Below, in pieces: positions 38,760 to 48,438 of a stretch of 64,000 nucleotides of DNA. The position numbers and the translations under genes are program-made. The stretch lies in the NCBI GenBank assembly GCA_021158525.1, contig JAGGUL010000031.1, positions 6,955 to 70,954 on the forward strand. The letters run 5' to 3'. Source of the stretch: Candidatus Hydrothermota bacterium. Lineage in GTDB: Bacteria > Hydrothermota > Hydrothermia > B15-G9 > DRBW01. The notes beneath the pieces were generated by a model. The model ran no database searches. It was not told where the DNA came from and saw only the letters and a list, made by a program, of their open reading frames with translations. Numbering within the stretch: the stretch's first letter is position 1; every line of letters starts with the position of its first letter.

Positions 38760-38865
38760 AGTAATCCGAAATTCTTGCGGGGCCCTTCCTTACGGAAGGG
38801 CCCCTTTTTAATTTCTCGCGCGACCTTGAAAATCTCGTCATAGAAAGGTATAATATTTCAGTGGG

Positions 38866-39693
38866 GTGGGGAAAGGTATTACTATGGTTTTTCATCCGGA
38901 CGATCTGGATTTTGATCTGTTCGAAGCAAAATACGCAGCCCTGGATATAGAAACCACCGGCGTATCTTTCAGGAACGATAGGATATGCGAGATAGCTATC
39001 GTAACCTGGCGGGTCGGTGAGAAAACGGAGGAATTTTCGAGTCTCGTCAACCCGGGGTTATCTATATCCGAGATGTCCTATTCTGTCCATGGAATCACAA
39101 ATTCCATGGTGACCCATTCCCCCACTTTTCGCGAGATAGCCGACAAGGTCTACGAAATGCTGAAGGATTCTGTCATCATAGGGCACAACGTCCTCTCGGT
39201 GGACCTCAGCTTTCTCAACAAGGAACTCCGGGAAGCCGGAAAAAAACCTCTTTATAACTTCTTCATAGACACCTATCTCATGTCCAAAAAAATAGTACCG
39301 GGCCTGAAAAGGCGTTCTCTAAAGTGCCTCGCCCAGGCCCTTGACATCAAGGTAGATACGCTTCACCGGGCCCTTCCCGACGCCCAGCTGGTCATGAAGA
39401 TCTGGCGGAAGATACTCGACAGATTTCGCCGCGAAGGAATCACCAGGCTGAAGGATATGAGAGAGATGGGGCTTCTCGACGGGAAGGTCAAAAAGAAGGC
39501 AAAGGACATCATGGAACTGGCGAGAATTCACGGATTGGTGAGAATAGTCTATCTTTCGCCTTTCAGCGGAAGGACCATGAGAAACATAGAACCCCTCAGC
39601 GTGAGGGGCAACAAGCTGGACGCTTATTGCCACCTCAGGGAAGATTTCAGAACATTTGAATTAAACCGAATAATCGATTACAGGATCCCTTGA
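38866..39693 (+). CDS. DnaQ-like (DEDDh) 3'-5' exonuclease fused to a C-terminal WYL-like domain
   Basis: Exo I is LDIETTG, Exo II is IIGHNVLSVDLSFL and Exo III is HRALPDAQL. The C-terminus (LVRIVYLSPFSGRTMRNIEPLSVRGNKLDAYCHLREDFRTFELNRI) follows the WYL-domain consensus (R.iEP...AYC..R.FRL.RI). Confidence 0.65.
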   Translation: MGKGITMVFHPDDLDFDLFEAKYAALDIETTGVSFRNDRICEIAIVTWRVGEKTEEFSSLVNPGLSISEMSYSVHGITNSMVTHSPTFREIADKVYEMLKDSVIIGHNVLSVDLSFLNKELREAGKKPLYNFFIDTYLMSKKIVPGLKRRSLKCLAQALDIKVDTLHRALPDAQLVMKIWRKILDRFRREGITRLKDMREMGLLDGKVKKKAKDIMELARIHGLVRIVYLSPFSGRTMRNIEPLSVRGNKLDAYCHLREDFRTFELNRIIDYRIP

Positions 39694-40095
39694 TCAGAAT
39701 TCTTCTTCCCCGTAATCGAAGTCCTCTTCGTAATCGGGTTCGAGCTCAAGCTCGAGGACTTCCGCCTCAATGGCGGAAAGAGCTTCACCCGCATCCCTGA
39801 ACGCATTCTCGAGGTCCTCGGGTGACATCTCCCCATCCCGGGCTGACTCGACGATCTCGTCGATCTCTATCCTAAGCTTCTGTAGCTTTTTAGCTATCTC
39901 ATCGATCTTGTCCTTGGTCAGGGCATCGGTCAAACCGAGCCTGAGATCGTCCAGCCTGGAAAACAGCTCAGCGATAGCTTCCTGCCAACCTTCGGTGAAA
40001 TCCGTCACACTCTCCCACGTTGCGAGGATTTCCTCATCGCTCAGCCCTGACATATCAAACACCTCCTTTGATGAATAGGGATTTAATATACGCAC
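39694..40095 (-). CDS. Hypothetical acidic protein
   Basis: 133 aa. It is strongly acidic, with a helical C-terminus ending EEDFDYGEEEF. I recognise no family. Confidence 0.35.
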   Translation of the reverse strand: MRILNPYSSKEVFDMSGLSDEEILATWESVTDFTEGWQEAIAELFSRLDDLRLGLTDALTKDKIDEIAKKLQKLRIEIDEIVESARDGEMSPEDLENAFRDAGEALSAIEAEVLELELEPDYEEDFDYGEEEF

Positions 40096-40156
40096 ATCCC
40101 CATATTAAGTCAATATGGTATTTTTCAGCCTCCTGGTCCCTAAGGGGATAGACTTG

Positions 40157-40609
40157 ATGAGAAGGCAAGGGAAATGTTATAATGAGCGCATGGAAAAGCC
40201 TTTTCTGGACGAAAAGGGCAAGGAAGAGGTTAAAAAATACCTCAAGCCCATTCCCGACAGCCATCCCGACAGGGAATACCTTGTCGAACTCGTAACCGAC
40301 GAACTCACAGCTATATGCCCTTTTTACGGAAATCCCGACTTTTACAGGCTGAGGATTCTCTATGTCCCCGACAAGACGGTGGTGGAACTCAAGTCATTGA
40401 AGTTCTACATAACGGCGTTCAGGGACTACAGGACGACCCACGAGAACCTGCTCAACACCATCTTCGACCAGCTACAGGAACTGATGAAACCGCGCTATAT
40501 GCTGATTGAGCTCGACGTTGCGGTAAGAGGGGGCATAAAAACCAGGATACTCAGGGAATCGGGGGAAAGGCCCCGGATCTTTGAGGTAGAAACAAAGCTC
40601 AGGATTTAA
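40157..40609 (+). CDS. queF: NADPH-dependent 7-cyano-7-deazaguanine (preQ0) reductase
   Basis: QueF type-I motifs include the Cys-containing CPFYGNPDF and the (SLKFYITAFRDYRTTHE) E/SLK-Y..F...H motif. I placed the start at MRRQGK, which has an upstream GGGGA Shine-Dalgarno. Confidence 0.8.
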   Translation: MRRQGKCYNERMEKPFLDEKGKEEVKKYLKPIPDSHPDREYLVELVTDELTAICPFYGNPDFYRLRILYVPDKTVVELKSLKFYITAFRDYRTTHENLLNTIFDQLQELMKPRYMLIELDVAVRGGIKTRILRESGERPRIFEVETKLRI

Positions 40610-40610
40610 A

Positions 40611-41330
40611 ATGATCCCGATAGTCTGGATTTACTGGGTGGTCTCTCTAACGTTGGTCACACTTGCGAGCGCCTACATAGTGAAGAACCACGAAGATGTG
40701 GGCTTCGCGGCCCTCACTGCTTTTTACTCCCTCTATCTGGCCGCCTCACAGATACTCGCCTCCAGAATTATCTATTTCGACATCGGGATCTACAAATTCA
40801 CGGCCCCCTCAGCTGTGTTCATATATCCCTTTATAGCCCAGGCCATAGACATGATAAACGAGGCGTACGGCAGGAAAAAGGCCCAGCTCTCGATTCTCAT
40901 AGCTTTTCTCACCCAGGTCCTCCTGATCACCTTCATACTCATGGTGAACACGTTAAAACCTGCCCCTTTCTTCAAATTTGAAGCGGCCTGGAAAAGTCTC
41001 TTCGGGCTCAGCATAAGGATAACGGCGGCAAGCTGGCTTTCTTTCCTCATCTGTCAGAACGTGGATGCCCACATTTTCTCGTTTCTGAAGAGGAAATACG
41101 AAAAACAGGTGATCCTGAGAAGCGTAACTTCGGATATCCTTGACCTCACTCTGGACAGCGTCATCTTTGTGACCCTTGCCTTTTACGGCGTCATGCCGCT
41201 ACTGCCCCTGATAATCGGCCAGATAGTGAGCAAGAACATCATAGGATTTATCGATACCCCCTGGTTCCTTCTCTATAAGAAGATCATAGGCAGGGGGTAC
41301 GTATTCACCGAAGCCCCGGCCCCACAATAG
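40611..41330 (+). CDS. yhhQ: Queuosine-precursor transporter (YhhQ/DUF165, Vut family)
   Basis: 239 aa, polytopic, with the YhhQ pattern (VFIYPFIAQAIDMINEAYGRKKA). It lies immediately downstream of queF. Confidence 0.7.
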   Translation: MIPIVWIYWVVSLTLVTLASAYIVKNHEDVGFAALTAFYSLYLAASQILASRIIYFDIGIYKFTAPSAVFIYPFIAQAIDMINEAYGRKKAQLSILIAFLTQVLLITFILMVNTLKPAPFFKFEAAWKSLFGLSIRITAASWLSFLICQNVDAHIFSFLKRKYEKQVILRSVTSDILDLTLDSVIFVTLAFYGVMPLLPLIIGQIVSKNIIGFIDTPWFLLYKKIIGRGYVFTEAPAPQ

Positions 41331-41360
41331 AAAGAAACCCTGTTTTAAAGGAGGCCCGTT

Positions 41361-41663
41361 ATGAGTGAGCTCGATATAGAAAGGCTCAGGACTCTCGAGA
41401 GAATACTTTTGAGGATCTTCCTCTACGGCTTCATCCTGCTGGTTATCTGGTACATTATCCTGCTGCTCCTCCAGGGTCCCATTGGAGCGGGCGAGAACAG
41501 AAGGCTCCTCGAGATCATCTACGGCGAGTGGGGAACGCCTTTAAGGCTCCATCTCCTGAGCTTCCTCGCCATTATGGCCACCAAAATACTCCTTTTCTTC
41601 TTCGTATTCATCCCCTGGTTCTCAGTCAGACAGGTCAGAAAGAGCCTCGAGAGAAAACTCTGA
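41361..41663 (+). CDS. Hypothetical small membrane protein (2 TM)
   Basis: 100 aa with two hydrophobic helices. I recognise no family. Confidence 0.35.
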   Translation: MSELDIERLRTLERILLRIFLYGFILLVIWYIILLLLQGPIGAGENRRLLEIIYGEWGTPLRLHLLSFLAIMATKILLFFFVFIPWFSVRQVRKSLERKL

Positions 41664-41664
41664 G

Positions 41665-42741
41665 CTACTCCGCCCCGACGGGCGGCGGCACGACGAAGTC
41701 GAAGGTTGTGTCAGGCTCAGTTTCGCCCAGCCTGTAAATGTGACCCTTTATGAATCCAGTGGAATCGGCCTCGAAGAGCACAATGTGGTAAAAAGACCCA
41801 CCGTAGGGAGTTTCCTGAAGCGGACGCTTGAGCGGGGCGCCAGCTCCGCCGCTCACGATGTATGTAACGCCGTCATAGACGTAGCGGTCGTAGAGATGCT
41901 GGTGCGAAAAGAGCCCCAGGGAAACGTGATACTTCGCCAGCAGATCCGTGAACTCCTTCGTATGACTCTTCTCATAGTTCGGCTTGGGGTAATAATAGGG
42001 GGCACCGAGACAATGTTTTGTGTTGTGGTCGGGAATATATGGGGGCACGTGAGCCACAACAACTTTGAAAAGTCCGAGAGAATCGGCTTCTTTGAGCCTC
42101 TTTTCGAGCCATTTTATCTGTTTTTCCGAGAGGTAATAGTTGACGTAGTATCCGCCCTTCGGACTTTTTTTCGGACTCTGATGGTTGTCGACGAGAAAGA
42201 TAAACCTGTATCCCGCGTAGTCAAAATAATAATCACAGGGATCGTTAAAACGCCTCAAGCCCTCCGATACGTTAAAGGGATTGAGGAAGAATGCCTTCAA
42301 ATGGTTCCAGAACCCGCCGGGCGGACATATTTTTGATTGGAAGATCTTACGAAACATATAGGGCCCCTCCGGCGCATAAAGCTCGTGATTGCCTGCCACC
42401 GGCAGCAGGTTGACGTCGAAGGAGTCTATCATGGACACGAAGTGTTCGTACTCGCTCCTGTAACCTCGAAGGCAGAAATCACCGCCGTGAATGACGAAAG
42501 CGGGATTTAACCTTTCCAGCACACGGAGGTGCAACCTGAAAATGCTGTCAGCATCAGGGTCTCCCGGCCTGAAAGATTTCCTGCTGTCGCCGATAAAAGC
42601 AAACCTGAAGGGATAGGAAACCTCGCGGGACTTGATCCTCTCGATGACCTCGCTTACGGGATGATTTTCATAGGAAAGGCCCGTCCCAACCGCCGCAAAA
42701 ATCAAGATGAGAAGCAGGAATTTCTTGATCATGGCGAACAC
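41665..42741 (-). CDS. Secreted calcineurin-like metallophosphoesterase
   Basis: Signal peptide plus metallophosphatase motifs (FAFIGDSR, HGGDF, AGNHE, VAHVPP). Confidence 0.65.
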   Translation of the reverse strand: MFAMIKKFLLLILIFAAVGTGLSYENHPVSEVIERIKSREVSYPFRFAFIGDSRKSFRPGDPDADSIFRLHLRVLERLNPAFVIHGGDFCLRGYRSEYEHFVSMIDSFDVNLLPVAGNHELYAPEGPYMFRKIFQSKICPPGGFWNHLKAFFLNPFNVSEGLRRFNDPCDYYFDYAGYRFIFLVDNHQSPKKSPKGGYYVNYYLSEKQIKWLEKRLKEADSLGLFKVVVAHVPPYIPDHNTKHCLGAPYYYPKPNYEKSHTKEFTDLLAKYHVSLGLFSHQHLYDRYVYDGVTYIVSGGAGAPLKRPLQETPYGGSFYHIVLFEADSTGFIKGHIYRLGETEPDTTFDFVVPPPVGAE

Positions 42742-42810
42742 TCTCCTTTTTCGTAATGATATCGCCCCCTCATCGCGGGTTCAACTACGAAAAAGGAGGA
42801 AAATCTTCGT

Positions 42811-42906
42811 TCAGGACCTCGCCGCCCTGACGATGCAGTACGCGATCCCTCCGAAGAAAACCAGCGAGGCCAGTATGAATGTTATCCAGCCCGATATAGG
42901 CATCAT
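42811..42906 (-). CDS. Small single-TM protein translationally coupled to the NSS transporter (MetS-like small subunit?)
   Basis: 31 aa (MMPISGWITFILASLVFFGGIAYCIVRAARS). An AGGAGG Shine-Dalgarno lies 1 nt upstream. Its ATG overlaps the transporter's TGA (ATGATGA). Confidence 0.4.
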   Translation of the reverse strand: MMPISGWITFILASLVFFGGIAYCIVRAARS

Positions 42907-44417
42907 GCCTCCTTGCTTTTTCTTCTCGAAAGTACAAAAGCTATAACGAGAAATCCGATAACCAAAAGCCAGCCTCCGAGTATCTCGGCTACACGCGGAT
43001 AACCGCCATAGGGTTTCAGGAGAACCTGCCTGAAAGAATAAATAAGCAGGACAAAGGAAGCTGCCGGCACGAGGGCCGTTATGGAAAGGCTCCACCAACG
43101 TCCCACTTTCAGCTCGGAAACCGAATTGGCATAATTTCTGAGATTCTCCGCCCCATACACGTATGCGATGACCAGCGACTCAAGCAGAGCCACGACGAAA
43201 AGGCCGAAATTGTTCATGAAGTGATCGACGAGGTCGAGCCAGTAGAGCCCGGCTCCCGTAGTGTAAAGAATGCCTATCACGAAGGCCACCACTGCGATTC
43301 CGATGTTCGCCTTCTTGCGGGGAAAGTGGAACTTGTCGATCAAAGCGGCTGCGCTGCCCTCCACCATCGAGAAAGCGGAATCAACGGCCAGGGTGAGGAG
43401 CATCAGGAAAAACAACACTCCGAAAAGAGGGGCGAGGGGAAGATGGTTTATTATCGTGGGATAGGTGACAAAGGCGAGCTCCGGGCCGCTTTTCATCACC
43501 TTGTCCACCGTTGTGCCGAGTATCCTGGCGTAATAGCCCAGAGCCGAAAATACCGCGAAACCTCCCACATAGGCCGTGGCTGCATCGGAAAAAGCCACTA
43601 GGAAAGCGTTGTTGAGGACATCTGATCCCGGCGGCAGAAAGCTGGCATAGGCTATCATAATCCCGAATCCCACCGAAAGGGAGAAGAAAACCTGACTAAT
43701 GGCGGCGTGCCATAGGGCTGGGTTCAGGAGAAATTCAAATCTCGGCGTCAGATAATACTTTACGCCATCCATGGCACCGGGAAGGGTCAGGCCCCTTATC
43801 ACGAAGACGAGGAGCAGTAACCAGGGAAGGACCACCGTCACGTAGACCACCTTTCCGACTGTCTTGGCTCCCTTCCAGATAGAGAGAACTATCCAGATCC
43901 AGCTGACGGCGAGTCCCAGAACGATGGGCCATTGAATCCTTCCGAAGTTAAAAATGCCATCAGAAAGTTCCAATACGTGCTGATAAAAAAATGACCTCGG
44001 GTCCGATCCCCAGGAGAGCTTGAAGGAATAAACCAGATAATTCGTCGCCCAACCCATTATCACTGCATAATAGGTCACGATTCCGAAAGAAACCAGAAGC
44101 GCAAACCAGCCGATCCATTCGAATTTCCCCTTTCGCTGCATTCTTTCCTCGTTCTCCTCGTACCCGACGAGGTTGTACCTGAGCTTGCCGAGGGAATAGG
44201 GCGCCGACCCTTTGAGCTTGTAACCTATGGCAAATTCGAGGGCCAGGAGGGGAATGCCGATCAGAACGAGGGCAATGACGTAGGCGAAAAGAAAGGCACC
44301 GCCTCCGAATTTGTAGCAGATATAAGGGAACCTCCACACGTTCCCCAGACCGATAGCTGAACCGATCGAGGCTAAGACAAAGGCCCTCCTGCTCTCCCAG
44401 AGAGTGTGTTGAGCCAT
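42903..44417 (-). CDS. Sodium-dependent transporter, neurotransmitter:sodium symporter (NSS/SNF) family
   Basis: 504 aa with 12 TM helices and NSS hallmarks (LGNVWRFPYICYKFGGGAFL, GLAVSW). Confidence 0.8.
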   Translation of the reverse strand: MAQHTLWESRRAFVLASIGSAIGLGNVWRFPYICYKFGGGAFLFAYVIALVLIGIPLLALEFAIGYKLKGSAPYSLGKLRYNLVGYEENEERMQRKGKFEWIGWFALLVSFGIVTYYAVIMGWATNYLVYSFKLSWGSDPRSFFYQHVLELSDGIFNFGRIQWPIVLGLAVSWIWIVLSIWKGAKTVGKVVYVTVVLPWLLLLVFVIRGLTLPGAMDGVKYYLTPRFEFLLNPALWHAAISQVFFSLSVGFGIMIAYASFLPPGSDVLNNAFLVAFSDAATAYVGGFAVFSALGYYARILGTTVDKVMKSGPELAFVTYPTIINHLPLAPLFGVLFFLMLLTLAVDSAFSMVEGSAAALIDKFHFPRKKANIGIAVVAFVIGILYTTGAGLYWLDLVDHFMNNFGLFVVALLESLVIAYVYGAENLRNYANSVSELKVGRWWSLSITALVPAASFVLLIYSFRQVLLKPYGGYPRVAEILGGWLLVIGFLVIAFVLSRRKSKEA

Positions 44418-44452
44418 CTTCTACCTCCTATTCAGTCTGCGCTATTATCAGC

Positions 44453-45532
44453 TTAATTTTCTACCTTTTCAAGGAATTTCTTCAGTTGCTCTATGCCCTC
44501 CTCGTATCGGAGGAGAACCGTGTGAACACAGCTCGCCCCCTTCTTCCTCCTCTCCATATTAGCGCTGAAATCCCTGACATCCTGACTAACTTTGAGCGAA
44601 TCACCCCAGGATATATTGACCACCTCGTCCCAGAAACGCCAGTTCCCCATAGCACTTTCGAATCTGAGGATCGCCTTCTCGAGGATTTTCTTCTCGTCTC
44701 CCTTCACCTGGTCGTAAAGCTCCGTCAGATAAACGATGGTTCCCTGAAGGCTCGTCCATTGAGGTTCGAGAGATGGACCGAGCCATCTGTAGCTGGGGCC
44801 GTCCGCCCACGAAACTGCCGGATTCTTGAGATCTGCAATGAACGCCTCATAGGCACGCTTCCCGCAGACGACGGATCTGTCGTTCAGAGAAATGGAATTT
44901 CTTTCGAAATTGCCCACGATCTTCCTGAGCACGCGTAAGGCAATGTCCCTGCTGAAGATCTCCTTCCTCGTGGCCTCATCGATAGGGCCGGGAACTTTCA
45001 TCTTCAGGAGATGAAGGTCGCCATTGGACAGCATCTCCTCGAGTCGATCGGGTCCGAGCCTGCTCCCGCTCTCCCCCAGGAGGGTGTTGCCCTCGATGCC
45101 GTAAACGATCTCGCTTTTATCGGAAATGAGCAGGATCGGATTCCCCTCCTTCACGTTTTCCACAGCGAAACGCAGAACTTCGTCTACATCGCGGGGCGCG
45201 ACAGTTTCGAAATCCATCGCGGCATTTTCCCTGAGGTTGTCCAGCAGATAATCCACATCGCTTCTGTAAACTCCAGGATCTGACCTTTTGTAGAGGAAAA
45301 GCGATGAGTAAAGGGAGAGCGCGTTGATCTCACCGACCTCCAGAACTCCTCTGTAAAACCGATGCAACTTATAAATGTCAACCAGGAAGTCATAGCGCGG
45401 CACACCCGGATTCTCGGCGTAGTCCTTAATGATCTTCTCCATCTCACCGATCGTGATTTTCCCGTCTGCTCCGAAGAGCAGAGCCCCAAAGACAAAAAAC
45501 AAACCAGCCGCCCACCTATTCAAAGCTCTCAT
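44453..45532 (-). CDS. Hypothetical secreted protein
   Basis: 359 aa with an N-terminal signal peptide. I recognise no domain. Confidence 0.4.
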   Translation of the reverse strand: MRALNRWAAGLFFVFGALLFGADGKITIGEMEKIIKDYAENPGVPRYDFLVDIYKLHRFYRGVLEVGEINALSLYSSLFLYKRSDPGVYRSDVDYLLDNLRENAAMDFETVAPRDVDEVLRFAVENVKEGNPILLISDKSEIVYGIEGNTLLGESGSRLGPDRLEEMLSNGDLHLLKMKVPGPIDEATRKEIFSRDIALRVLRKIVGNFERNSISLNDRSVVCGKRAYEAFIADLKNPAVSWADGPSYRWLGPSLEPQWTSLQGTIVYLTELYDQVKGDEKKILEKAILRFESAMGNWRFWDEVVNISWGDSLKVSQDVRDFSANMERRKKGASCVHTVLLRYEEGIEQLKKFLEKVEN

Positions 45533-45544
45533 GGGATCTCCTTT

Positions 45545-46138
45545 CTATAGCTTCCTCCTTCCGAGGAGAGCCTCTTTTAATGTGGTGACGTCGGAAAGCG
45601 AGAGGTCGCTGCCCGTGGGCAGGCCCCGCGCTATCCGGGTTACCTTAATCCCCCTTGGTTTCAAAAGATCCGCGATATAATATGCGGTCGTGTCCCCTTC
45701 AACCGTCGGGCTCAGGGCGAGGATAACCTCTATTATGCCCTCCCTCTCTATCCTCTCGACGAGATCGGCTATAGACAGATCCTCGGGGCTCACGTTATCG
45801 AGAGGTGAAATCACGCCGCCGAGGACGTGATATTTCCCGTTGAAAAACCCGATTTTCTCGAGCAAGAAAACATCCTGGGGACGCTCTACGACGCAGAGAA
45901 GGGAGCTGTCCCTCTTCGGATCCCTGCAAATTGGACAGGGGTCTTCGTCGGTTATAACGTGACAAACCGAACAAAAAGTCAGATTTTCCCGTGCCTCTTC
46001 CAGCACCTTTTTCAGCTCCTCAAGCTGATTCCGCTCCCTCAAAAGGTAAAATGCTATCCTCTCAGCGCTCCTCTGTCCGATGCCGGGAAGCTTTTTCAGA
46101 GCTTCCACCAGATTAAGAAGGGAAGAAGGAACCCACAT
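45545..46138 (-). CDS. recR: Recombination protein RecR
   Basis: It has a helix-hairpin-helix (LPGIGQRSAERIAFYLL), a C4 zinc finger (CSVCHVITDEDPCPIC) and a Toprim domain. Confidence 0.85.
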   Translation of the reverse strand: MWVPSSLLNLVEALKKLPGIGQRSAERIAFYLLRERNQLEELKKVLEEARENLTFCSVCHVITDEDPCPICRDPKRDSSLLCVVERPQDVFLLEKIGFFNGKYHVLGGVISPLDNVSPEDLSIADLVERIEREGIIEVILALSPTVEGDTTAYYIADLLKPRGIKVTRIARGLPTGSDLSLSDVTTLKEALLGRRKL

Positions 46139-46445
46139 CTCCCAGTCCCTGCGAGAGGTCTCCCAGAACTTTCTTCATCTCTTCCTGAGCCGCTTCCTGC
46201 GATTTCTTCCTCGCGTCGTTGATCGCGGACAACAGCAGATCTTCGAGAAACTTCCGGTCCCCCCTCTTGATGAGCTCATCGTCAATCGAGATCTTGAGGA
46301 CTTTTTGCTGTCCATCCATCAGTACCCTGACCATTCCTCCTCCTGACTCTCCCTCTATCTTCATCTTTTTGAGGGCTTTCTCGAGCTTCGACATTTTGCC
46401 CTTGAGCGCCAGGGCATCCTTCATCATCTCTGCGAATTTGAACAT
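46113..46445 (-). CDS. ybaB: Nucleoid-associated protein YbaB/EbfC
   Basis: 110 aa. It fits the YbaB family pattern and lies between dnaX and recR, the canonical context. Confidence 0.8.
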   Translation of the reverse strand: MFKFAEMMKDALALKGKMSKLEKALKKMKIEGESGGGMVRVLMDGQQKVLKISIDDELIKRGDRKFLEDLLLSAINDARKKSQEAAQEEMKKVLGDLSQGLGDVGSFFPS

Positions 46446-46446
46446 C

Positions 46447-48048
46447 CTATATCACCTCCAGATCAAATTTTTCTATCAACCTGAGAAGCAGTGGATCAGG
46501 TTCTTTCCTGTGCTCTTCACCCTTCTCAACGTGTATCTCGAGGGGCCTCCCGATAACCTCTTTTGCCTTTTCCCTAATGAAATCTTCGTGGTGTTTTATC
46601 ATATCCATCTGAAAGGGATCCTGCACCGTCAGGGTGAGGTCATCGCCCTTTAACTCCAACCTCGCGTAGGCAAGTATGCCTGCAAGAAGCGGATTTTCCC
46701 GTTCAATGACCCGCGTGAGACCAGCTATTTCATTCCCGGACTGCCTTTCCCCCTCCGAAAGGGGCTCGCTGAATGAGGCCTGTTCCTCGCGGATCTCCCC
46801 GGAAAGGGCTTCCCCTTCCGCCGTTCCGCCATCAGCGGGCGGGATCTCCTCGAAAACCTTTCCGCCGGTTGACGTCCCTTGCTCCAGGATTAACTCCTCT
46901 TCCCGCGGGTGTACTTCTTCCACAGCTCTCGGTCTCATCGCCGACTCCCTCTCGAAAATGTTGTACCCCGATTTCTTCAGCATCTCTGCAATATCTACGG
47001 CAGAAGGAAGGAGGGTCAACCTCATGATCTGATAATCCAAAAGAAGGCGCGGGTTGGAGGTGTATCTGATACCGCTCTGAAGATCGAGAGCGACGCGAAG
47101 AAAGGGAACGATATCGCCGTCGGTCACCCTTTTCCCCAGATCCGAAAAAGAGCTTCCCTCAAGCCCATAATGGGCCCTGAGCAATTTCTCCGAGGCCTCA
47201 CCGAACCCCCTCACGAATTGCTGCGGACTGTAGCCTTTTGCCATTATCTCATCGAGAATCTCTATGGCCCTCACGGTATCTCTTTCCAGTACGGCTTCAA
47301 ATAACCTCAGATAATAGGCCTCCTCGACCACGCCGAGCAGGTGATCGACATCTGAGCTCTTTATAGAATTTTCCGCATAGACCGCAAGCTGTTCGAGCAA
47401 CGCTATCCCGTCCCTGAGGCTGCCTTCGGCATGCCGTGCTATCTTGATTATCGCTTCATCCTCAATGGAAATGCCCTCGAGTTCCGCGACTTTCCTTATT
47501 CTCTGGGCAATAAGTTCCTCACTCACGGGCCTGAAATCGAACCTCTGTGTCCTGGAAACGATGGTCTCCGGGACCTTCCTGGGCTCGGTTGTTGCCATAA
47601 TGAATACGACGTTGGGCGGGGGCTCCTCCAGCGTCTTGAGGAGAGCGTTGAAGGCCTCCTGGGTCAGCATGTGAACCTCATCGATGATGATAACCCTGTA
47701 TCGGCCTCTCTGCGGGGCAAATCTCACCTTTTCCTGCAGACTTCGAACCTGATCGATGCCCCTATTTGAAGCGCCGTCCACCTCAATGACATCAAGGCTG
47801 CGAGAGCTATCGATCTCCCTGCAGCTCTGACACACGTTGCATGGCTCAGGAGTGATCCCCTTTTCGCAATTAAGCCCCTTTGAGAGCAGCCTGGCGACGG
47901 TGGTCTTACCGACCCCTCGTGGCCCTGTGAAGAGATATGCTGTCGAGATCTCCTTTTTCTTCAGGGCGTTCTTCAGGGTCCTGGTGACGTGTTCCTGACC
48001 TAGAACCTCGTCAAAAAGTTTGGGCCTGTATTTTACCGGCAAATTCAT
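46447..48048 (-). CDS. dnaX: DNA polymerase III subunit gamma/tau
   Basis: AAA+ Walker A GPRGVGKTT, a zinc module CNVCQSC, and a sensor region. It is 533 aa. Confidence 0.85.
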   Translation of the reverse strand: MNLPVKYRPKLFDEVLGQEHVTRTLKNALKKKEISTAYLFTGPRGVGKTTVARLLSKGLNCEKGITPEPCNVCQSCREIDSSRSLDVIEVDGASNRGIDQVRSLQEKVRFAPQRGRYRVIIIDEVHMLTQEAFNALLKTLEEPPPNVVFIMATTEPRKVPETIVSRTQRFDFRPVSEELIAQRIRKVAELEGISIEDEAIIKIARHAEGSLRDGIALLEQLAVYAENSIKSSDVDHLLGVVEEAYYLRLFEAVLERDTVRAIEILDEIMAKGYSPQQFVRGFGEASEKLLRAHYGLEGSSFSDLGKRVTDGDIVPFLRVALDLQSGIRYTSNPRLLLDYQIMRLTLLPSAVDIAEMLKKSGYNIFERESAMRPRAVEEVHPREEELILEQGTSTGGKVFEEIPPADGGTAEGEALSGEIREEQASFSEPLSEGERQSGNEIAGLTRVIERENPLLAGILAYARLELKGDDLTLTVQDPFQMDMIKHHEDFIREKAKEVIGRPLEIHVEKGEEHRKEPDPLLLRLIEKFDLEVI

Positions 48049-48393
48049 CCCACCATATTATATTCTGCCCTTCGGGAAGGGTCAATCTGCCGACATTACT
48101 GCAAAATTCCCCGGAGAAAAGCGGCCCTTTCCAACCGCCGTGACGACCGGACCAGATGATAAAAGCAACGAAAACGGGGCGGCAGGTAAAGCTCATGGTG
48201 AGTCATATGGGCCAGAACAAAGAGGAAGTCCTTGTTCGTAAAGCAGTGGGCAGAGTGGGGGCAAAGCCAGCCTGAAAATAGCCAGCAGGACGGATCAGAT
48301 AGGGATGGGTGATCGGGACCGGGAAACGAGCTGCAAACAATATCGGGGCGAAGGGCCACATAGCGATAAGCCACAGCCGGAATTGACAGGCGT

Positions 48394-48404
48394 GGGGTCG
48401 GGAC
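48394..48404. repeat. Partial copy (GGGGTCGGGAC) of the palindromic element
   Basis: It shares the 5' arm of the 34-nt palindrome found at 48439 and 48695. Confidence 0.3.
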
Positions 48405-48438
48405 AGATAAACGTTGCGGTCAGATTAATGGTTAGCTT

